Source: Paramecium tetraurelia (taxonomy: Eukaryota). Taken from it: 64,000 nt of DNA. Of the stretch, positions 54,702 through 64,000 are shown one piece after another. The DNA is taken from the NCBI GenBank assembly GCA_000165425.1, contig CT868031.1, forward strand, positions 186,001 through 250,000, in the 5' to 3' direction. Each line of letters opens with the position of its first letter. Position 1 is the stretch's first letter. The notes under the pieces were generated by a model that was given only the letters and a program-made list of their open reading frames with translations, was not told where the DNA came from and made no database searches. Both the position numbers and the translations under genes were made by a program.

Positions 54702-55512
54702 TTTAATTTTATCAATATAATATATATCAATATATCAATTAAGTAATAATACGTTTTAAAAAATTCGAATTATCATTGCTGGTTGTTTATATTTTCATTC
54801 AAAAGGTATAGCTGATAACTATTATTTGAATCTATTGTATAAAAATTTATTTCTAAAATTTGAATATATAAAGTAGCCTAAAATTATAGAATTTTAAATG
54901 AAATCATGTCTTAGCAAATTTTGGGATGTTTTGAGAATTTTGCTTCCGTTATATTTTCAAATTCAATTATTTAATCATTAGTTTTTGATATTAATCAATA
55001 GACTCTATAAAATCCGAATTTAGACAAAAAATGAGTTTAAATTAAACTTTTTTTACATTTTTTCTAATATTTCAAGGTGTGAAGAGTTATGAACTATTTT
55101 TCATTACATCTCAATTATCAAATCAAGTAGTAAAGAATAAGATTATAACTTATTTAAATCTTTGCATAAATCTAAATTTCTATTATATGGCAACCATTAG
55201 AAGAGCTATTATCGATTTATTTGATCATTCTTATTGGTGATTTATATTTTATATACTTCTAAAGTCAATATAAAAAATAAAAAATAAATTTAATTTTTAA
55301 GAATTTTTTAATTCTAAGGAATTAAAGAAATATCTATAACTCAATCTTAAATTATGTAATATCATAATAAATAGAAAATACACAATTTTATTTGTAAAAG
55401 GTTAGTTATTTTTATTGCTTTTGTTGATTCACAAAGGTTCAATTGATTTAAAATTTTAAGTTCATAATAATATATAAATAATAATTATTATACCAAATTT
55501 ATAGTTTTAAAA

Positions 55513-56892
55513 TCATTCAATGACTTCTACATTCAATGTTTTCTTTTCTATTAATGGATACATGATAAATGCTTTGAACAGCTCTTAAAATTCTTCTTCA
55601 TTTATAATATTCTTGGTATTATTTGAAACTATCGAGAAAATACCTTCTATTGATTCCTGCTTAGGGTCATTATTTATTAGAAACTTCATTTGGGTAATTT
55701 TACTGACCTATGTATTATCAAATAAACTCAATAAAAATAACTCAATTTTTGAAAGTTCATTTATCATATTTGAAAACACTAATTTTTGCTTAGCAAATTT
55801 TTACAATTTAGTTAAGGTGGTTTTACTTTTTTTGTCCTACGATTTTTTGAGTGAATCATAATTTTAAATAAGGTTTTTTAAAATTGCTTCTACAAGAACA
55901 TTTTGCAAGAGATATTCATTATAATATGATGCTAGATATTAAACCATCATAATAATGCTAACGATTGATCCTACTTGTGCTAGAATTTCTCCTAATTTAG
56001 GATAAACTATTTATATTTCATAAGAGAAGGGATCTAAACGTATTGTAAATGTTAAAAATGATTCCATATAAAACAGTTGTTGGAAAAAGTCAATAGAAAT
56101 TGTACTCATTAAAAATTGAGCATCAAATATAAAGTTTTATTCATTAAAATTTCCAAATAATATTCCTGTATCTATGAGTGTTTTTTACTATTTCAGAATT
56201 ACTTATATTTATTACGCTCTTTCTTTCTCAAATGAAATGTAATATTACTTTTTTACAACATCAAAATTCTAGTTTTTTGAATTAAAATACTTAAAATTTA
56301 TCCAAAAGCTTAGGATATTAGTCTATTATGCAAAAAAATTGTCAATCACATCTTATTTTGCACAAGTTTAATTTCCCAATAGTAATTATTGCTTGCATGT
56401 AGTAATAATAATGATAAATTCTTTTGTTTGATTTAATTTAGGATTGAATTCGCTATTTTATATTATATTCAGGTCTTCTACATAACTTAATTTGCTGTTG
56501 TAAGTGGATAATGTTGTTGTGTTGCTTAACAATGAAAATGGCTCTTAAGGTATACCAGAAATAATATATATTCCTACTGGCATCAATATGTTATCTGTTG
56601 TTCTAAAAGGATCAATTGATTCATTTGAGTACCTCCAATAACATAGTTCAACAAGATTTTCATTACTAAACTAAATGGATGAATAGTTTTCAGCCTTTAT
56701 AGTATTTGTTGATTTTGGTAAGATATTAGAATTTCTCCATTAATCCATCACATAAATAAAGTATCCTAAACTAACTGCAGTTACAATAATTGACAACACT
56801 CCTCCTAAAAATGATTTTTAAAGTTTTTCTTCAGAATGTATTTCCTATTTTAATTATGCTCCAAAAATATCAGCCATTTAAACATACTTCAT
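55513..56892 (-). CDS. Ciliate-type two-TM protein with large Cys-containing loop
   Basis: Intronless, 460 codons. ADIFGA...SFLGGVLSIIV (TM1) and YPKLGEILAQVGSIVSIIM (TM2). Confidence 0.75.
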
Positions 56893-57311
56893 TTTATTTT
56901 GATATAAAATATTAAATTTCAGTCAAAGATACTTATTAATTTACAAAGTAAGAAAAAATCTTTCCTTTTCAATAAGATTAAGTAATGAAAAATATTTAAC
57001 CTATTATTGAGATTGACAAAAGGTAACTAATTGAACTCGTTTCAATAATAAAATATATTATTATTCAAAATGAGATGAATTAAACAAATTTTAGAGATAC
57101 TTGAAATAAAGAACTGGTTATAAAACAAATATTATAAGTATTCTTTAATTTAATATATCAGCTGCTATTGCTAATTGTGAAATAATATTTAATAATATTG
57201 ATGCATTATAAATTTTAAGAATTAAGAAATAAATAATTGAACTATTTACCAATATATTATAAGTTTATAAAGATATGTAATTCTTAAATAAATTATATTC
57301 TATAAGATTAA

Positions 57312-59004
57312 TCAGCTGGTGATTTTTTTATGTTGTTTAATCATATTTTAGATTTCATCAAGTACTTTGATTTTGCTTTGCTAAGCTTATTTTTATTATA
57401 TGACATAATCCTTAGTTTTTAAAGCTTCTTTTTCTTCAAAAACTCTTTCACTTTCCATCAACTTGACTTTTTCCTCTAACTAAAATATTATATATAGATT
57501 AGATACATATTTTTATTCAGATTATAATGTTTTTTAATTTTATTTAACTTTAAGGTATTTGTTTTTGTATGCATTAACTTATTCATCACTGGAGATTAAT
57601 TACTTCTTTAATTCTGAGATTATTTTTTTTTATTCTTATGTTTCATCTTTTGACTCATTTAATTAGCGAATTAAAGATTCAACTCTGCTTTCAATCTAAT
57701 ATAAATCCTATCGAGATAAATAAATCTAATACTTCTTCGTGTTATTATTTTAAGTAAGCTATTTCTTTATCAGATTCATATAATAGATGCTAGAACTTCT
57801 TATTCTCTTGATGAAACTATTCAATGTCAAACAACATCTATGATTTTTCATTTTAATCTAACTAATATTAAACATCATATTGAGCTAATTTATCCTCATA
57901 AGCTTAAAGCAAAGACTTTTAAGATTCTAACTTTTACTTAAATTCCATAACTTCTTGAACTTAAAAGTTAGCTTCTTTCAAAGTTTAATCAGTCTTATTC
58001 CTCTAATCTTCTAGTTGTGATTACAATCTCAAATAATCATGTTTTTAATCTTATATAACTTTATGATAAGACAATTCTTCTTTTTATAATTGAGTAATTT
58101 GTGACTCCAATTATTAGATTTGATTTAATAAGGATTTAGTCTTTTCTTTTTTTCTATTAATTTATATTAGATATTCGCTTTATAACTATTGCTTTTCTAA
58201 TTCAATTTTATTGATATCTTATTGATGACGTTAATCATTGAGTTTAATAAACTTTTCAGCTTCATCAATTTTAGATATTTAATTATCGATTGCTATTTAC
58301 AAGATCTTTTTTTCTTCTTATATTTCTTTGATCTTTGATTCCAATAGTTGTATATTTTACCTATCATCTTAAGCTCCCATTTCAAAATATTTACATTAAT
58401 CTTCTTTTTATTACAATGCTTATTTTAAAATATTATTTTCATCTTTTAATATCAAATATCTCTTGTCATATTCTTTTCTAAATATTCAATTAAATTTGAT
58501 ACATCTCAGCTTATAAGGAATCATTAATTCGTTACACTCTATCTAAATCAACTTAGAAGGTGGCTTTCTAGTCATCCAATCTAGAATCGATTGTTTTTGA
58601 TGAATCCTTAAGTAACCTGATTTTAGTCTTTTTCTTTTACAATTTAATTTTTAATTCATTAAGTTGTGTTTTGAGATCTTCATTGCCTTTATTTTAGGAC
58701 TCTGCTTTTTCCTTCTCAAATTTAAGTAATTATTCATCTTTTGTTTATAACAATCTGTCTTTCTCTTTTGTGTCTTAAATATACTCTCTTAAGGCAGCCT
58801 AGAATTTATTCTTGAGATTACTTTTAATTTTGAGTTAAGATCTTTAAGTTTATTATATTTTTCTCTGGATACATATCCTGAGTTATTTTAAACAGTGAGA
58901 TCCTTCCATCCATTAGGAGAGCTACTGGTCAATAGATCGATATCTCTTCTGCCTTAAAAATTTCTAGTCAGAAGATCATTGCTCGAACCTTGATTAGTTC
59001 TCAT
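57312..59004 (-). CDS. Hypothetical coiled-coil protein
   Basis: MRTNQGSSNDLL...; long heptad-rich frame ending ...HKKITS*. Confidence 0.7.
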
Positions 59005-59084
59005 TTTTAAATTAATTAAATAACAGCCAGATTATGTATTAAAATTAAAAATTGAATTCTTTGATGATAATTTAATATTTATTT

Positions 59085-59761
59085 TCAAATTACTTTGGGT
59101 GTATGTGACCCTTTAGCACAAGTTGGTATCTTCATGAATTCATCCCAATCATATTTTTCAACCTTCATAAAATGATCAAAGTACTTTGCAACATGTCCAA
59201 AATTTCTTAAGATCATGGAAACAAGGTTCTCCTGGATGATAAAAGCATTCAGTATTTTCTTTGGGATCATACTCTTTCAAACATCCTTTGTTGGTGCATT
59301 TATATTTGCCTGTAGGAGTTACAAATATTTACTTTTACACTTAAGCTAATTAAGCATAGTTGAATATACAAACCTTATTATTATTCTAACAACTTCTTCT
59401 TTTCAGCTTCTTCTCTATTATAGTCATCTATTTTTCGAACTGGTTGTGGAGCACTATCAGCAAAGTTATCAATTCCTAATATTCTAGAAATTACAATAAT
59501 ACCTTTTTATGCATTTTATACAGTCTTTGACTAATAAAATTCACCACCTTCAGTGTCTTCTACATTTGTATGTTTGCCTACTGCGCATGGCTCTATTTTC
59601 ATAAATTCATCCCAATCATAGACTATTTTATTACAACATGTCCATCCTTTTTTGAGATCTGAAAAAATGGGTTTTCCAGGATGATGTTTGCATGCTTGAT
59701 CATTATTTTCATTTTGATTGTAAGCCTTCTTACAACCATTTCTTTTGCATTTAGTTTCCAT
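59085..59761 (-). CDS. Tandem CHORD-domain protein (RAR1-type, no CS domain seen)
   Basis: Two CHORD motifs: CKRNGC...CKHHPG.P.F.D.KKGWTCC...C..GKH and CTNKGC...CFYHPG.PCFHD.KKFWTCC...C.KGSH. Confidence 0.9.
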
Positions 59762-59806
59762 TAATTAATAATTAAAAATAGTTAAGTATTCATTAAATAA
59801 TTATTT

Positions 59807-61408
59807 ATGATTTAATCGATTCCTCATGATAGGTCAGTGTATGTCACTCAGTATAAGGCTGAAACAACTCTTGAATAATTGACATAGGCATTCTCTGAGT
59901 TCGGAAAGATTGAATAATTATAATAAAATGCCAAGTCAAATGGAGTATTCATAGTATTTGATTCTCATGATGCAGGTACACATTAGTTTAATCAAATAGT
60001 GAAAAGAGCAACATCCAAGACTGTCACTATAGGAGGCAAGAACCTGGATGTGAATGAGTACTTGGATATGGACAAATTGGATGAAGAAGCTAATATATTC
60101 ATAGATGGATTAAGTCCGACAACTACCCAATTGCAATTAAAAGACAAATTATAAAAATATGGAAAGATCTTGAATATCAAAGTGTAAATGTCAGATAAAG
60201 CTGGTGTAGCCTACATCTAATTTGAAGAAAGGAAGTCAGCTGAAAAGTGCTTGGCAGACTAGGCAAATTTGGGATTGCATATCACTAGGTAAATTAATAA
60301 AATAACAGCTTAGAGCCATCAAGAAGGGTAAGCAATAACAAATCAAGAGAGATTAGTTATTCATCTCTAATATTAAATCTTAATCACCCTTGGATCAAAT
60401 CAAAACATCATTGGATAACTATTTCTCTGAATTTGGAAAAGTCGAATTGGTTTAAGTCAATGTCAATCCCAAAAACTAAACCTACTTTGCATTTGTTAGA
60501 TTTGAAAATTCAGATGATGCTTATAAAGCTGTCAAAGCCACAAAACCTTTTCAAAATCAAATTATCAATATCTAATGGGCTGTCAATTCAAATGACAACA
60601 TTGAAGCCAATCTATACACCAAAAATCTTAAACCCACTGTAACTGAACAATAACTAAGAGAAGCATACGAATCCATTATTACAATAGATGATCTTCAATT
60701 ATTACCACCAAACAAATCTAATAAATTATCAGCTTATATTTATTTGAAATCTGCTGAAGATGGCAAAAAAGTCATTGATTTGGCTTTCAAAACCAAAAAA
60801 ATATTTGATTTGTATGAAAAATTAACTGTTCAAATCTCCCCTATGTTGAGTCCAGCAGATATCATCCAATTCAAAAAAATCCAATCAAAACCTACATATT
60901 AACCTTATCCAAATGCCATGCCCTTCCCTCCCTATTAACAAATCTAAGGATTCCCAAACTAACCTAATCCTCCTTATGGTGCCTATCAATATCCTGGTAA
61001 CTATCCTCCACAACAACCACCCTATCAACAAGGTGGCTACTATTAATAATAAGGAAATAATTATAATCAACACAGACAAAAGAAAAATCAATATCCAAAT
61101 CAATATCAAAACTAACAAAGACAATAACCTAGGTTACCAGATTTATAATTCTTATAGAAATTGCTAGCTGAAGGAAATTAGAAAAGAGTTACTGATACTA
61201 TTGGAGTCCTCTTGTTCCCTCTAGTTAATTAATAAGTTGAATAAAAATTGGTAATAATCTAAATATTATTTAGGCACCTTAAGTGACAGGAATATTATTA
61301 GATTTTGAAAATTATGGGTTGGAAGACTAATTAAAAATGCTTTAGAATGCACCTTATTTGACCGAGCAAATCAATTAGGCTGTAGATCTAATAAGAAAAT
61401 CTTATTGA
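59807..61408 (+). CDS. Polyadenylate-binding-protein-like (multiple RRMs, P/Y/Q-rich linker, MLLE/PABC domain)
   Basis: RRM cores (ANIFIDGL, GVAYIQFE, YFAFVRFE, NLYTKNL); C-terminal IGVLLFPLV...APQVTGILLD MLLE-like motif. Confidence 0.75.
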
Positions 61409-61658
61409 GTATAACAATTAAAATAATACATATAAATATTATTATAAACCAACATTATTTACTTTTCATTTCATTTCCACAACATATTATCTTTTTACAA
61501 TCACAAAGATTATGGATTAAGAATTAAAAGATTGAAAAAAAAGATAGAGTTACGTTCTATAAATAAGCCAAAAATAGGTTTTGATAATGAAGATGGCAAT
61601 GTTCATGAGTAACATTTTACATTAGAAAAGACAAAGAAATATTAAATCACAACAAAGA

Positions 61659-62230
61659 CTAAACTTTATTTGATTTTATATTGTCTAATTTAAAAAAAAC
61701 TGATTTACCTTTTGACTTAACGATCTGACTAAATAACTTCGAATCTTTTTTTTTTGTCAATTTAAAATATTTAGGAAATACAATCGAAAATAAATAAATA
61801 AAAGTAGATTCAAAAATGAGATAAATAGTCATTATCTTATAAGGCTTAAAGCTTTCGAAACTTAGAGATCCAAAGATAATTCTATTATTTTCTAATTCTG
61901 CAGATAGAACAGAATATTTTTCCTGCAATTGAACGTATTCTTTACCCAATTTTATAAATCTTTATTCCAAGTTATTTCATTTGTATTACTTTGGATACTA
62001 TTTGTAGGATTTTCTTTCCTCTATTTGCTAAATGTGTGATTTCATCATAGATATTTCTTAATCTTTGGAAAAAATAATATTCTAGTAATGAGTCTCTCTT
62101 TGTTTATAAAGCTCTATGTATATTCGAAATTCCTCTTTCTTTTTCAAAGCATTACTATTGCCAATTCCAGAAGGAGAAGCAAGCACCAATCTTTTAGGAG
62201 TATAATTAATAACTAAATTAAAACGACATG
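61659..62230 (-). pseudogene. Possible decayed gene relic (hydrolase-like fragment)
   Basis: Fragment YTPKRLVLASPSGI resembles the alpha/beta-hydrolase 'lvL.SP.G' motif, but frames are broken. Confidence 0.25.
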
Positions 62231-62608
62231 CTTAAATAGTATTATTAAGTTGTTAAAACATTAAAATAAAAATCAAATATAGTAAATTAAATTCAAAATA
62301 TTAAAAAGTTCACCATGTAATCAATTCTTTTTTATGTTCCTTGATTTTACAATTTAAATAAAATACTTTAAAATGATTATTCATTTTAATATTTTTCTTG
62401 GTATTGGCTAAGTGCAGTATAATTCTTGTTAAATTTGTAATTTACTTAAGTTCCAAAGGATTTTATTCAAATATTTTAAAGATCGTTAATAGATGGACAA
62501 ATCTAAGAAATTACAAAGAAAGATAATTAATTCTAGATTTGAATTTAATTAGTGAAATTGAATTATTTTTTATAATTATATTCTTTATATTTTGTATTTA
62601 TTTCAATA

Positions 62609-63483
62609 TCATAGATTTGCTGCAATACTGAGTTTATTACAAGTATCTTCTAACAAACTTAGTAAATGCTCTTCGGATTATTCTCTATTAATTAAGTGAT
62701 TAATTATACCTTGTTTTCTTTTCTTGATCCAATTCTACTTTGACTCTATTGACGATATCTTTAAGCATCTCAAATATGGATTATTCACTTTCATCTCTAT
62801 TTCTCTTTTCAACATTGATAAGATTACTCAATTTAACAAGTTCGTCAGTAATGGATTTCATAACCTAAATGTTAGTATGTACTTACATTCTGATCAGACT
62901 CATCTCTTTCATTGGCTTCATTTCTGATGGCCTCCTAGATTTTGGGTAAATCATTTTATAATCCTTAATGTATTCCTTCAATAGCATCTACTCTTGCTGC
63001 AGTTTCCTTTTGAACTTCAGTTCTCAATAATGCTGTTTTATCTTCCAGTAATCTCAATACTTTAGTTTCTCCTTCTTTTCTTGTTTATGTTTCATTTTGA
63101 ATAGCATTTTCAAATTTCTTTTCTAATGCTTGAACTTCTCTGTTTTTAGTTTCATTAGCTTATTCCTTAGCCAATTTATCTTCTTCTACTTGTTTTTGTA
63201 ATTTGCCTAACTACACAATAATAGGTATGTAAATTACTTAGTCTCTCAATCCATTCAATTTAGTAAATATCTATTCTTAGAATTCATTGAAAGCATCTTC
63301 AGCCTATTAAATTCTTTATTCAGCTTATTCAAGTTTTTAGAATCTCTCATTTTCTACTCCAATTTAGATTGTGGATAATTTCTCTGAGATCTTTTGAATT
63401 CTTCCACTTGATGGTGATGCTTGGGGATCTAAAAAAGGTTAATTCAATTAAATACATGAGACTTAGGATCTTGAATTGTACAT
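62609..63483 (-). CDS. SF-assemblin/beta-giardin family striated rootlet protein
   Basis: Short Pro/Ser head; RIQKISEKLSTIQIGVENER...; C-terminal REQSEEHLLSLLEDTCNKL. Confidence 0.8.
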
Positions 63484-63566
63484 TATAATTAATAATAATA
63501 ATAAAATTTATTTATGAATTAATTTCAAAGACTTTAGGTTTTGAATTATTTTTAATAAATAAAAAA

Positions 63567-64000
63567 TCATTTAATACAATCTGATTTATTTGTAAAAGAT
63601 GTAAGCAGTTGAGATCTCTTGAAAATAATAGATGCTTTAGTAGAATCTTTATCTCTTGATCTTGAAGTGAATATAGGATTACACTCTGACTCCTGTCTTT
63701 CTGTTTTGCGAAAATGTTCTGATTGTGCAGTTTAAGTTTTTGATTTGATTTTCTTTAGACACAATTATTTCAAATTTGATTTATTCTTTTAAATTATTGT
63801 ATAATATTTACTTCGATTAATCTATTAATGTTTTAAGTATTGATTTCTTGAACATTAGATTGAGGTTGTATCATCCTGTTTGCGAATTTTTCGAGTTATT
63901 GATCTAGATATTCTTCATTTTCAGTTTTGTTCTTTTTATGAAAGGAGATTGAAGATTATGATTATAATTTGAGGATAGTAGGAGTGTAGTTATCGAATTA
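63567..64000 (-). CDS. 3' part of a hypothetical protein
   Basis: Open table-6 frame entering from the window end, ending ...KSDCIK*. Confidence 0.55.

Overview
AT-rich, gene-dense eukaryotic DNA that reads as ciliate macronuclear sequence, most likely Paramecium (inferred). Long genes become continuous only when TAA/TAG are read as Gln and TGA as the sole stop (translation table 6), and they contain many tiny (about 20-31 nt) GT..AG introns. The supplied standard-code ORF track therefore shows only fragments. Re-reading by hand gives about 43 protein-coding genes. Recognisable products: pICln-like, TGS1-like, copine, two cyclins, cNMP-binding protein, RhoGEF, Gly/Cys-rich membrane protein, C2H2 protein, DOMON-cytochrome b561-cytochrome b5-FAD/NAD reductase fusion, ALKBH1-like, mitochondrial carrier, Snu114, RPS11, URI/Bud27, macro-domain protein, trichocyst matrix-like protein, TRM10, ABCC transporter, alpha/beta hydrolase, kinases, Myb protein, two-TM ciliate family protein, CHORD protein, PABP-like protein and SF-assemblin. 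I recognised no rRNA, tRNA, transposon, telomere or CRISPR. Best leads: extreme gene compaction (two divergent genes apparently sharing one palindromic CATG start, an 11-bp divergent spacer, a 38-bp tail-to-tail CDS overlap); a head-to-head pICln/TGS1-like pair; a single-chain transmembrane redox fusion; a synonymously diverged 21-bp duplication plus a frameshift in Snu114; and several pseudo-enzymes. All gene models are manual and unverified by RNA data.
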